Source: Cyanidioschyzon merolae (Eukaryota). Taken from it: a stretch of DNA of 64,000 nucleotides. The notes under the pieces were generated by a model that ran no database searches, was not told where the DNA came from, and saw only the letters and a list, made by a program, of their open reading frames with translations. The DNA lies in NCBI GenBank assembly GCA_000091205.1, contig AP006486.2, one strand, 5' to 3'. Position numbers and translations under genes: made by a program. Positions within the stretch are counted from its first letter, which is position 1. Each line of letters begins with the position of its first letter. Positions 1 to 11,117 of this stretch are shown here, piece after piece.

Positions 1-2184
1 CAAATTGCTATTGCCTGGAAGAACCTGACGGTGAAAGTTCCGGTTGTGTACGGGCGCACGGGGATCGAGACTGTCGGTTCGAAAACACAGGAAGCCGTGC
101 TCGCACTGCCACGCGTAGCGATCGATATTGGGAAATGGATCTGGACGGACGTTTTCCGACAAGGGCTCAACAAAGACGCACATCTAGAACCGATAGTCGA
201 CGACGCTACTGGTGTCCTGCTTCCCGGAGAGACGCTGCTGGTGCTGGGCCCGCCGGGCTCCGGCACCAGCACGTTTCTGAATGTGCTCGCGCAACGCAGT
301 CTGAAAGACTACGCTGCCATCACCGGAACAGTTGAGTACAATGGGTGCGATTTACACACGGCAGAGAAGCGAACGGTGCGCCCACTGCAGCATATCGTGC
401 AGTTTGTCGAAGAGGCAGATACACACATCGCCTCGTTGACGGTACGCGATACGTTCCGGTTTGCAGCCGAGTGTCTGATACCAGACTTTTTCCCGTTCGC
501 GGAGAAGGTGCGTCAAGATCGCGTGGAGCTTCTTATTAAGAATCTGGGATTAGAGCATTGTGCGGACACTGTAGTGGGTAATGAACTCTTACGGGGAGTC
601 AGCGGTGGAGAAAAGAAGCGAGTGACGATCGGAGAGATGGCGGTGCGGCTTTCGTCGCAAATTTGGCTGCTCGATCAATGGACTCGCGGTCTTGATGCGG
701 CAACCGCAATGGATTTGCAATATCGAGTTGCCGCTGTAGCCAAGCAGCGCAATATTACTGTCATTTCTGTGATGCAACAGCCAAGTCAAGAGATTTACGA
801 TGCGTACGACAAGGTCTTGTTGATGGAGGCAGGCAAAGTGCTCTACTTTGGGCCGACCAATGAGGCAGAGCGATACTTCTTCAAGCTTGGTTATCGGCGG
901 CCACGCAAACGGCTCATTCCTGAGTTCTTAGCGACCCTTGGCGACCCATTCGAGTCGAAACTTTGCATTCGGCCTGGATATGAGGATCGCGTGCCGCGGA
1001 CACCAGCGGAGTTCGCCGAGCGCTACCGCAATTCCTCGATCGCCAGGCGCTATCGAGAGATGGTGGAATCGCATTCCTATCTAACCGACGAGCAGCGCGA
1101 AGCATTCAACCAGGAACGTTATGTCGAGATAAGCAAGTTGTACGTTCGCAACTCGCTCCAACCTCGCTTGCGCCAGATGTTCATATGTTTGAATCGCGAA
1201 ATTCGAATGATCATCACGGCACCGTTCTCTTTCATCGTACGCTTCGCTCGTTATATCATTCTGGGTATCGTGGTCGGTGCGCTCTTCTTCGGGATCAATC
1301 ATGATCAACTGAGCGTTCGCGTTCGTGGCGGTCTTCTTTTCCTTGTCCTCCTAACCGTCGGTGTCGCTGGCTTTTCTTCTATTCAGCAAAACGCGGCTAC
1401 TCTGCAAATCATACGAAAACAGCGACGAGCAGGCTTCTATGAAATGCCACCATACTTTTTTGCGCTCTGGTTGATGGATATTCCGATTCAGTTCATCGAA
1501 GTGCTCATTTACTTGACGCTTGTCACGTACATGACGAAATTGCAGGGAGGTCCTCGATACGGTTTTGCGATCTTGATGGTGTGGTTAACCGGTATGGCAA
1601 CCAATACCTTGCTCAAATCGATTGGCTACGCAGCACCCTACACGGATATTGCGCTCGTGCTGGCGAGTTTGGTGATCATGCTCATGGTTCTGAGTGTGGG
1701 TTTCTTGGCTACCCCACCGAACATACCCGTGTATCTTCGTTGGATCTACTGGATCAATCCGTTTCACTATGCTTATGAGGCCATCATGCTGAATGAATTC
1801 GATGGCCTGTATTTCCACTGTACACCGAGCGAACTGCAGCCTGCGGGTGTACCGTCGGCCTATCAGGTGTGCCCGATCACGAACGGCATCAAGTATTTAC
1901 ACAGTCACTACAACTTTGCGTCTAACCCGTCATACAAATGGATTGACTTTGTCATCATCGTGGCGTACTATGTTGGATTCACCATCATAGCAGCTATTCT
2001 TCTGGTGCTCGTGCGTTGGCCACCGCGCCCCATGTACAAGAACGCCCGAGAAGTCGCCTGCGAGACGGATGTTCAGACATTTGTGGAAAGTCTCGAGCGG
2101 GAGGCCTCGTTATCGGATCGTCGGTCGCGAGAAGTATCGAATCCGTTCACAGATCGAAAAATATCGACGAATTCCAGACCGTAA
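1..2184 (+). CDS. ABC transporter, ABCG (White/PDR-type) half transporter, NBD then ABC-2 membrane domain; 5' partial (continues upstream of the window)
   Basis: Frame 1 is open from nt 1 (QIAIAWKNLTVKV precedes the track's GTG start at 31). Walker A is LLVLGPPGSGTSTFLNVLAQR, the ABC signature is VSGGEKKRVTIGEMAV, and the Walker B context is IWLLDQWTRGLDAATA. Six hydrophobic helices follow in the C-terminal half. Stop TAA at 2182-2184. Confidence 0.85.
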   Translation, partial: QIAIAWKNLTVKVPVVYGRTGIETVGSKTQEAVLALPRVAIDIGKWIWTDVFRQGLNKDAHLEPIVDDATGVLLPGETLLVLGPPGSGTSTFLNVLAQRSLKDYAAITGTVEYNGCDLHTAEKRTVRPLQHIVQFVEEADTHIASLTVRDTFRFAAECLIPDFFPFAEKVRQDRVELLIKNLGLEHCADTVVGNELLRGVSGGEKKRVTIGEMAVRLSSQIWLLDQWTRGLDAATAMDLQYRVAAVAKQRNITVISVMQQPSQEIYDAYDKVLLMEAGKVLYFGPTNEAERYFFKLGYRRPRKRLIPEFLATLGDPFESKLCIRPGYEDRVPRTPAEFAERYRNSSIARRYREMVESHSYLTDEQREAFNQERYVEISKLYVRNSLQPRLRQMFICLNREIRMIITAPFSFIVRFARYIILGIVVGALFFGINHDQLSVRVRGGLLFLVLLTVGVAGFSSIQQNAATLQIIRKQRRAGFYEMPPYFFALWLMDIPIQFIEVLIYLTLVTYMTKLQGGPRYGFAILMVWLTGMATNTLLKSIGYAAPYTDIALVLASLVIMLMVLSVGFLATPPNIPVYLRWIYWINPFHYAYEAIMLNEFDGLYFHCTPSELQPAGVPSAYQVCPITNGIKYLHSHYNFASNPSYKWIDFVIIVAYYVGFTIIAAILLVLVRWPPRPMYKNAREVACETDVQTFVESLEREASLSDRRSREVSNPFTDRKISTNSRP

Positions 2185-2714
2185 GTGCAGTGACATGGAC
2201 TCGGTGCCGATGCGCGAACCGCAGCGGATGACAGCAGCGTCGCTCTATGACATGGCATTGTGCTTCGTCTCTGGGTCCAGCGTTGGCGAAGTCAAGTCGG
2301 CGACGATTTCGTCGAGAACGTGACGGATGTTGTGCTTGTGTGCAAGCTTCAGATGTACTGGGCCTCGTGGTTACCAGCAGAACGCAGAGAGCGCTTGTAT
2401 GTTGGCGCTCCACAGCGCCGAGTGGATGAATCCGAAGGCTTTCGGGTGACGCAGCGGCGCCACTGGCGGCCGCCTTGAGCGTCATCGGCAGTAGGTACAC
2501 AACGCGGTGGGTGTCGTTGCAGCGCGCGAGGTTTTCTGATGGTAAACGCAGCACATAGTATGCGCCCTGGAGACTTGCTGGTGACCTGAAGCACCGCGTT
2601 GGCGATGTGGATGATCAAGAGTGGATAGACCATGCTTCAGCCGCGAGCAGCTGGTCCGTGTTTGATCCGCTCTGTATCGTTCAAACTCCATTGTTCTAGA
2701 CCGGTGGATGGCGA

Positions 2715-3713
2715 ATATTCTCTCTGAATTAGCGAATAACGGAAGACTACACTCGTTCACAAATTCCCTAGGAAAATACTTGCCAGTGTACATATATGCG
2801 GTGCTCTGGTTGTTCAGGTTCGCCGCACTGAACCGCTTCAGGGCGCTGAGCTAGGCGGGGATCCATTCCCGCTGCCCCTGGCATATGAGTCGCTATCGTC
2901 GACAGTTCCCCAGTGTTTAGGTGTCATGCCTATCTGGCGTACGAAGCGATGTTCGTGGTAGCTCGCTCCACAGAGCCTCTCGCGACGCTCTGGATGCACG
3001 ACACTTTGTCGGTTGTCGATCGAGACGTTCAAGCGTCGGTGCAGAGAACGCCTAGCGCCGTGCGCTACCAAGTCCACGACCCGACGTGTCGTTCATTTCC
3101 GTTCCCAAACCGGTGCAGAAGCTTTCTCTCGATTGCACGCTTCCTGGCTCCGGATGACCGAGACCGGGGCGACTCCAGCGCCGTCGTCATGGACGTCTGC
3201 CACGGGATGCTCGTGTGACCTCTCTGGAAGCTCCTGTACGGACTGCATGGAGCGTGCAAGGCATCCCGCGCTGCTCAGCCCGGTGCGTAGCGTGTCGGGT
3301 GAGCACCCGGCGCCTGCATGTTGCTTCTTTGTATGCCACGTGGCGTCCACAGCGCTCGACTTTCGAAGATTCCGGGCACAGGTCGAGCTGAGCAGCTCCG
3401 TCTGGTTTGCTGGTCAGGCGTTCGGCTCCGTGCTTTTGGTTGCTCCGTGTGCGGCGACAGCCGTGAAGCGCCTTACCCGCGGATAAACGCTGAAACCAGA
3501 ATCTTTTTCCTGGTCTACCTGGATCGGTTGAGAAAGAGTCTCGTTGCGCACCGCTGGGCGAGGCCTCACCAAGTGCATCCAGACTGATGGTTTGTCGCTC
3601 TGCATGCTCCCGCAGACCGTTCTTCATTTCCTGGGAGTAAACGAGAAACATGGAATGAGCGCAACAGACGCTGTTTGCGAATCTGTTCCAATGCATCGTC
3701 GTTTCTTGCCAAG
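2715..3713. repeat. ~1.0 kb dispersed repeat R1, copy A (direct repeat of 8062-9060, ~98-99% identical)
   Basis: The track ORFs 2838-3077(-) and 8185-8424(-) are identical 79-aa products. The 101-aa ORFs 2913-3218 and 8260-8565 differ at 2 residues. Nucleotide identity starts at atattctctctgaattagcg and ends at gtttcttgccaagacca. Flanks diverge on both sides. Confidence 0.8.
2838..3259 (-). other. Frameshifted AraC/XylS-type HTH-like reading inside repeat R1 (possible pseudogene relic)
   Basis: The minus-strand reading ...RKRAIERKLL... (frameshift) ...VSIDNRQSVV...CGASYHEHRFVRQIGMTPKHW fits the C-terminal HTH_18 consensus (RlerAkxLL ... IAxxvGFsSxSyFsRxFKKxxGxTPsxYR). It is split over two frames and conserved in both R1 copies. 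Confidence 0.2.
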
Positions 3714-6351
3714 ACCAGCTGCAGCTCACAGAGAAGGCCGTACAGGCCGCTGCGCCAGTGTGTGGAGTACGCGAACAGGCATTTATGTAGGACAGGGGCA
3801 CCACATCGAATAGAAGCCCGCTGAGCATGTTATGCTGGCATACTATGAGCGCGTCCGCTTTAAGCTTGAGTGCTCTATTCATGAAAGCATATTCGCACAA
3901 ACTGTTGCGAAGCCGCGGCAGCCATGTCAGCTACCCTGCGGGTAAGGAGTCGAAAGATCCGTCATCCTGAGCAGCGCAATGAACTTGGAGAATTCGCTGC
4001 GAGTCTCGCTCTCATTGCGAGTTCTCTGTGGAACTCGGTACCTCCTCGATGTGTCGCGTTACCAGCGCGTCATTGACCCCCCATGGACACGCTCAGGAAT
4101 CCTTGCCATCAGTTCCCATTGTTCACGGTCAGCAGCGTATGCATATAATGCCCAGTGGGTGCGCCTCATAAAGCGCTTCGACACTGACCTGCTTATGCTT
4201 TTGGTCAGTGAAGCTGGATGGATACTTTTGGCAGCTGCCCTGTACCGCTTTTTTCGATCACCGACAAGACGCAGCGATGTGTCAAGGTATGCTCAGAGGC
4301 GTTTGCATGAGAATCTGATCCTCCGATCAGGCCGTCTTGTATCCCCTGTAACGAGAATCAGCTGTGCTGCTTCACAGAGGTCTGATCGAAGAATTCCAGG
4401 CGAATATGACCGGTTGGCAGCGCAGTGTCCAGAACTCCTCCGAAGACCTGCTCGGCGACATATGTGAAGACGAAAGCACCGAGGCGTTCATTCGTTGAAT
4501 TAGAAGCTGTACGATCTCGAATGTTTTTCCTGCATTGTTTCGTGTCATTGGTGCGAACAGCTCATCTACGGATCCGGAAGCGGAAAATTTGCATTCGACA
4601 TCATCGAATCAGAGAGAATATACGAGAACAATGTGCAGTTGAGCGCCAGTCCTAAACGTGTACTCCATTACTGCCATTCTATGACGTAACGCAATGTTTT
4701 CCATGAGCAGGACAGAATAATGTTCGAATGAGAAGCCACGAAGAATGGTTCAACGATAATGCGTTGGTATTGAAAGGGCCCGGGCTTTGGCCTTCTGAAC
4801 GCGACTCCATGAATAAATCGCCACTGGCGCCTATGTCGTGGTAAAACGCGCTTGTCTCTTCTCTTCGAAACAGCGCTCGATCGCCCTTCGAATATCTCTA
4901 CACAGGTGCGCAATTCTTCCCCAAAGAAACCTCATAGACAGAGACGAATACCCGTCGCTCCTGTACTTATCGCTCGCGTTTCAGTTCGAAATCGCTGGAG
5001 TGTTGTTCACAGCGTGACGAATTCGTGTAGCAGTGCGCTTTTTTACTCCATCCTTCCGTGTCTCTTCAACACCATTCATATCACTGATACGCCAAAATCA
5101 CATTTTATGGCCTCGTCGTCAGCATTCTTAGAGAATGTATGGAGTGGGACCGATTGACGGGGACACGGTTGTCTAGATACTGTTTGGTTTGGTGAGTTTC
5201 CGGCGCTCTACGTTCAGAGCGGGGATTTCGACGAGACTTGTGGTTCATCCACCAGCGAACCGTAGCATACGTGACTTGGAGAGACGAAAAAGTCTTTTCT
5301 CGCACGCTTGCAGTGACTGCATTCGCGCTTTTCGTGACCGTTCTTCAGTCTACGGGAAATCATTTCACTGACTACCCGCGAGAAAAGCAACCAAGAACAA
5401 AAGTGATCTGCTCGTATATCCAGTCTAAAAAGTACTTTTCTGTGTATAAAGCGGCCTGATTCGCTGGTACGATCATCCGCTCAAGTTTCTGCATGAAGCT
5501 TCCACAACGCAGTTTCGATACATGCATGGATGCTAGCCGCGGATGTGGGCACTGTAGACTCGGACAACTAACTGGCAGAGAGCGATCGAAAATCCTCTTT
5601 AAAGCAAGTGGGTGTATGGTGATGGTGCTTTCGATAAACTGCGCTGCAGGTTCAGCGAGGACGCCACAGGTACCGGTGACCGCTGACGCACCTCTTACCG
5701 AGCGGCAACATCTTGTGCCGCGTGCAGATACTTTGCTGGTGACGCTGGAGATTTCGCTCTGGTTCCTATTGAGTGAACGATACAACGCTTGCTTTTCAAT
5801 CCAAAAAGCAGGTCTATGGGAAATTCCAGCAGGTCTGGTTTTGAACCGTCATCCTAGTCCACTGCAGCATCGAGTTCCGCAATGTAATGGAGTATATCCT
5901 ATGCTTTCGCGTACGCAGATCGTGCCCTAGTCCAGAGACACTGGCCTGCTTCAACGGCCGTCCGTGGTGCGTCACAACCACAGCGGGAATATCGTTGCCG
6001 ACTATGTCCAGAACATAGCGTCCAGGGCTGGCCCGGGCACCCGTGCAAATCTGCTCCATTGCCATGATGCCACGCGCAACAACACTAGTGATGTAGAGCT
6101 CATAAAACGGTAGTGTATCGCCAGCGCATCCCTCTGACACACACACTCTGTGTGTGTGTGTGTTTGTTTGTTTGAAAAAGCTCCCTGTTCGGGCTACCAG
6201 AAACGAAACACGGTATGCTGCAGCCCCTGTGCTCACTGTGCATGGTTTCCTGGTCTCGAAACACGATTGTCTTCACTCGTATCGGGAGGCACGTGCAATG
6301 TGCATCGCAGTGCGTCTAGCCAAAGACCGTTCATGATGTCGCAGACGCTGG

Positions 6352-7737
6352 CTACTGGTGACCGCGACCAGGCCGGAACGTGGATCCAAAGTACATGAAC
6401 ATGTTGGCAAACGACTCGAGAATAGGATTATAGCCGCTTGGATTGGTAGCAGCATGTTTTCGCCACCATTCCTGTTGCGGGAGTAGCTCCTGGAGTCCAA
6501 TCCGCCGTTCTAATCGACGGTGTGCCCGCAACAGACGCGGAAACGACACAGAAAACATGATATCGTGCTCACCAGGCCTTACTGCTGGCCAGTCAACGGT
6601 CTGATCTTGGCCAAAAGTCTGAATAACGGGTGCAATTGTGGTACCACTAGCGGTCGGTAAACTGTCAGTGAAACAGGCAAAGTCGGCGATGAGCAAACTG
6701 TGACCTTGTGGGAAGGAGCGCGCTATGTTTCGCAGCAAGAGCGTAGCGTCAGTCGGTACATACGTCGGCCAGGATACATCCTCTGCGTCAAACGCTTCCG
6801 CTGGACCCGCATTCGTATTCATAGATGTACCTGCACGAACAGACGAGGGGATGACCCAGTCGTTCATCCGCCGAAACAAGCTGCGGATTTGTTCGATGGA
6901 GCGAACAATGCCACTGCCACGTCCTGCATACATCGAGGGTTCCGGCGGATCGCCCATCTTCGATGGAGTCTCTTCGGCCTCAAAATGAGGACCGAAGCCC
7001 CAGACCCGACACGCCTCAAGAATCAAATCGTCACGCAAAGGCTCGTACAGGAAGCGGCCTCTGCCGTCCACCAGGAGCTGATACCACTCACCGGTACGTC
7101 GATTTTGTACGATAGCATCGTGAGCTAAATTGTCCAGAACTTCTAGCGCTAGAACTGCAACCCGTGGCGGTTGCCCCGACTCGTATCGCTCGTGTGCTCT
7201 AGCTGCTGCTGCTGCTGCTGCTGCCGCCGCCTCGGGGTGCTCCAGCGGGATCGGCTCCTCCAGCGCTGATCGGTGATGGACGACACACCGCCCCGCATCA
7301 ATGTGCTCATAGAGTTGCTCGTGTTGGCGCATCACGAAGGGAGCGGAGATATCAACCGTGTGGTATGTCAACTTGGCATACTTTTCGGGAAACGAGTCCC
7401 GGAGATAGTTCAGAGCGTCAAGCGCGACGGTACCGTTCCCTGCGCCGACCTCCACAATCGTATCGTGGTCGTGCGTTACTGCCAGAAAGTGCGCTATCGT
7501 TCTCCCATAGTGAGGTGAGAAGAGCTCTGAGGGTGTCAGCCATGTTCGCGGTGCAGTAGCGTAAAGGTCGCGAACGTGTGCGTCCCACTCGGCGCGAGAC
7601 GCGAACTTGAGCTCTACGTTCTGCCCGCCGCGCGAAGATCGCCGAAGCGGCAGATCTGCCTCTTTTACCGGGTTAAAGTAACCACGTTTAGGACTGTAAA
7701 GGCATTCATAGATGAAGTTTCGTAGCAGAACCGACAT
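6352..7737 (-). CDS. NDUFAF7/MidA-family protein (DUF185; putative protein arginine methyltransferase)
   Basis: ATG at 7737 (minus). FIYECLYSPKRGYFNP matches YMKEVLTNPAKGYY; TWLTPSELFSPHYGRTIAHFL matches DFITSPEISQIFGELLGIWF; IVEVGAGNGTV matches LVELGPGRGTL; LLIADFACF matches ALVADYGHD. An internal poly-Ala is encoded by (GCN)n at ~7195-7235. Confidence 0.72.
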   Translation of the reverse strand: MSVLLRNFIYECLYSPKRGYFNPVKEADLPLRRSSRGGQNVELKFASRAEWDAHVRDLYATAPRTWLTPSELFSPHYGRTIAHFLAVTHDHDTIVEVGAGNGTVALDALNYLRDSFPEKYAKLTYHTVDISAPFVMRQHEQLYEHIDAGRCVVHHRSALEEPIPLEHPEAAAAAAAAAARAHERYESGQPPRVAVLALEVLDNLAHDAIVQNRRTGEWYQLLVDGRGRFLYEPLRDDLILEACRVWGFGPHFEAEETPSKMGDPPEPSMYAGRGSGIVRSIEQIRSLFRRMNDWVIPSSVRAGTSMNTNAGPAEAFDAEDVSWPTYVPTDATLLLRNIARSFPQGHSLLIADFACFTDSLPTASGTTIAPVIQTFGQDQTVDWPAVRPGEHDIMFSVSFPRLLRAHRRLERRIGLQELLPQQEWWRKHAATNPSGYNPILESFANMFMYFGSTFRPGRGHQ

Positions 7738-8061
7738 GCGGCGGAAAGCGCGGGCTTTGCCTTCCGACCTCTACCAGGTACGTCGAGAGCCTGGTACCAG
7801 GTTACAGCGTTAACGCGACCAGTTGCAACCTTTTGGCAAAGAAGGTGACTTGGATGAAAAGCTACAGACTAATTTCTTTCACCAAATAATACGTCCTAGA
7901 TACTGGGGTATCCTCTACGGATACCCAAGGGGAAGCAACAAGCGAGCGTCCCGGGCTATCTCTAGCACGAGCCGGTGACGTAGACGTGCCGCCGGGGCGC
8001 GCACCTTGCCCCCAGATACGTTGTTGGCGCTGTGGATCCCGATGCACGGCTCCATACGGAG

Positions 8062-9060
8062 ATATTCTCTCTGAATTAGCGAATAACGGAAGACTACACT
8101 CGTTCACAAATTCCCTAGGAAAATACTTGCCAGTGTACATATATGCGGTGCTCTGGTTGTTCAGGTTCGCCGCACTGAACCGCTTCAGGGCGCTGAGCTA
8201 GGCGGGGATCCATTCCCGCTGCCCCTGGCATACGAGTCGCTATCGTCGACAGTTCCCCAGTGTTTAGGTGTCATGCCTATCTGGCGTACGAAGCGATGTT
8301 CGTGGTAGCTCGCTCCACAGAGCCTCTCGCGACGCTCTGGATGCACGACACTTTGTCGGTTGTCGATCGAGACGTTCAAGCGTCGGTGCAGAGAACGCCT
8401 AGCGCCGTGCGCTACCAAGTCCACGACCCGACGTGTCGTTCATTTCCGTTCCCAAACCGGTGCAGAGGCTTTCTCTTGATTGCACGCTTCCTGGCTCCGG
8501 ATGGCCGAGACCGGGGCGACTCCAGCGCCGTCGTCATGGACGTCTGCCACGGGATGCTCGTGTGACCTCTCTGGAAGCTCCTGTACGGACTGCATGGAGC
8601 GTGCAAGGCATCCCGCGCTGCTCGGCCCGGTGCGTAGCGTGTCGGGTGAGCACCCGGCGCCTGCATGTTGCTTCTTTGTATGCCACGTGGCGTCCACAGC
8701 GCTCGACTTTCGAAGATTCCGGGCACAGGTCGAGCTGAGCAGCTCCGTCTGGTTTGCTGGTCAGGCGTTCGGCTCCGTGCTTTTGGTTGCTCCGTGTGCG
8801 GCGACAGCCGTGAAGCGCCTTACCCGCGGATAAACGCTGAAACTAGAATCTTTTTCCTGGTCTACCTGGATCGGTTGAGAAAGAGTCTCGTTGCGCACCG
8901 CTGGGCGAGGCCTCACCAAGTGCATCCAGACTGATGGTTTGTCGCTCTGCATGCTCCCGCAGACCGTTCTTCATTTCCTGGGAGCAAACGAGAAACATGG
9001 AATGAGCGCCACAGACGCTGTTTGCGAATCTGTTCCAATGCATCGTCGTTTCTTGCCAAG
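8062..9060. repeat. ~1.0 kb dispersed repeat R1, copy B (direct repeat of 2715-3713)
   Basis: See copy A. The identical 79-aa minus ORF (8185-8424) and near-identical plus ORFs are present. Confidence 0.8.
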
Positions 9061-10136
9061 ACCAACCGCTAAAAGAGCGGACGATATCCACTGGCAAGCA
9101 ATTCGATACCAGTGTCGTTCGGCCTTCATGATAACCGTTGGAAAGGAGGATACGATTTCCGTATCTTCCAACGTTTGCCTTCTATGCCGAAGTGCCCGTG
9201 TGCCGGACGAGTATGCTGGGCCAGTGCTGCATGCTGCCCCCAGGGGTGGGTGCAGTTGCGCCACCTGAACAACTCGCCCGCAATGCAGTTGATTCTCGGA
9301 TTCAGGGCAGTTCGGGTGTGTCTCGAAGTCGCCCAGGTTGCAGTTATCTCCTAGTACACCGCATCGCGCTGCCGCATGCAGTAGGTCTGTCTGCGCAGTT
9401 TGCAGGCGCCCAGAATGATGTAGAGTGCCGACCCCGTGTCGGATGAACGACGCCTCGAGCCGACATGCCCATTGGTATGGCAACGCTGCTCTGTCTTTGT
9501 ATTGCATCCGCACTTGCGGTATAAGCGCTACAACGGGTGCAGCACTGCATGCACTCGGCGCGAGAGATACCATAACAAACGACCAGTGTATCCTAAAGAA
9601 AGTATGGGCCATGGAACCTGAAGGTACAGTGCGTCATGATGAATACGTTCCCGAATGCCTATATCCCTCATTTGATCTTGGGTATACGTTCAATGTAAAC
9701 CTTTAGTCGAACAAAAAATGGAAACGCTGCATAGGTGAATGAATAACGCAACATCCGCTCAAACCGTGCTACTGGCCGGCCAGTCTCCTCCGGAACGCTC
9801 ACATCATTCTATCAAGAGAATAACGATTGTGAACACACACTCGCCATCGACGGGCTTCCAGTCTGGCTCAGCATGGTCCCGTTACCATAACCCAATCGTT
9901 GCGTCTGTGCTAGTTTTCAACTTTCACTTGTTCAGCGCGGTAGTTTTCTCAAAAAAGTGCGCCGTTTCCGCTACGCCGAGCAGTTGCGTCACTCTCAGAG
10001 AAAAACGGTCGCAAGTGTAGGCGAGGCGTTTGTAACTGGACCACGTGTCCGGGGAGTGTCTGGCACCTGGTCTGTGGGGCGACTCCCTCAAAAGCTACAG
10101 CGGAGTCAGCATCAAGACTGGTTGCGTGTCTCGAGG

Positions 10137-10967
10137 ATGCGACTTCGCAAACGTCCGCTGACCAGGGCATTGACTTGTATCAAGTCCGAAGACGCGCGAA
10201 ATGAGCGCTTAGGAAAGGCTGCAGGTGAGATAAATGAAAAACCTGCGCCAGAAGACAGCGATGCTAGCCCCAGCGTGAGGCAGGTTTACCAAGCACTCGT
10301 ACAGACGTACGGCGAACGCAACCGACGTCCAACCGGGCGAAGCGTTCTTGAGGCTCTCGTTCGTACGATCCTCTCCCAGAATACCACGGATAAGTTGTCA
10401 GGAGCTGCGTATCGGGCGCTTCGGTCTCGTTATAAGGACTGGGCGGACGTGCTGCATGCACCTGTCGGGGAGATTGAGGAAACCATTCGGATCGGAGGCC
10501 TTGCACGAACGAAGGCTCAACACATACAAGATATTCTGCGCGAACTTGAGCACAATGCAGCAACGACAGGCACCGACACTGACTGGACACAGGGTCTGGA
10601 GTTTCTCCGCAATGTACCCACCGCGCAAGTCATGGAATACTTGACCCGCTACCCAGGTGTCGGTCCAAAAACTGCCGCATGCGTGGCGATGTTCACCCTC
10701 GAACGCGATGATAGTTTTCCTGTGGATACGCATATCTTTAGACTGGCGAAGCGGCTCGGATGGGTACCGAATGGGCATACCCGGGAACAGGCTCAAGTAG
10801 ATTTAGAGAATCTGATACCAAGCACTCTCCACTACCCGATGCATATTCTGATGATTGAGCATGGGCGCAAGGTTTGCACTGCTCGGGGACCGCGATGCCA
10901 GCACTGTAAACTAGCAGGTCTGGGCTGCCCGAGTGCCACGCAAGATACAGAATCGACGCCCGTCTGA
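10137..10967 (+). CDS. Endonuclease III-like DNA glycosylase (Nth family, HhH-GPD with 4Fe-4S cluster)
   Basis: The track ORF begins at GTG 9957; the first in-frame ATG is at 10137 (MRLRKRPL..). LVRTILSQNTTD; HhH motif VGPKTAACVAMFTL; VDTHIFRLAKRLGW; cluster CTARGPRCQHCKLAGLGC (C-x6-C-x2-C-x5-C). Confidence 0.85.
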   Translation: MRLRKRPLTRALTCIKSEDARNERLGKAAGEINEKPAPEDSDASPSVRQVYQALVQTYGERNRRPTGRSVLEALVRTILSQNTTDKLSGAAYRALRSRYKDWADVLHAPVGEIEETIRIGGLARTKAQHIQDILRELEHNAATTGTDTDWTQGLEFLRNVPTAQVMEYLTRYPGVGPKTAACVAMFTLERDDSFPVDTHIFRLAKRLGWVPNGHTREQAQVDLENLIPSTLHYPMHILMIEHGRKVCTARGPRCQHCKLAGLGCPSATQDTESTPV

Positions 10968-11096
10968 TCTGAAGCGAGAGTCTCGTATCAAATGGAGCCC
11001 GAATTCTGGAGCGTAGAACGATGTAGAGGTATTGGAGCGTTCGGACCTCGCAACTGCTTTTTAAAGTTTTACCGAGTTCTGGTGGCAACGCGTATT

Positions 11097-11117
11097 CAAG
11101 CATGCATGCATGCATGC
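11097..11117. repeat. (CATG)n palindromic microsatellite
   Basis: caagcatgcatgcatgcatgcccg. Confidence 0.7.

Noticed and set aside
60-90. tRNA T-arm-like GGTTCGAAAAC at ~74-84, and TTCGAATC at 20389
   Set aside because: The first lies inside the ABCG coding frame with no acceptor or anticodon stem context. The second lacks the GGTTCGAATCC consensus and flanking stems. No convincing tRNA, 5S, U-snRNA or SL-RNA signature was found by eye anywhere in the window.
2715-9060. LTR-retrotransposon interpretation of the R1 direct-repeat pair
   Set aside because: The repeats lack TG…CA termini. There is no matching target-site duplication at the outer edges and no gag/pol/RT-like ORF between them. 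The internal gene is a host-type NDUFAF7 homolog.
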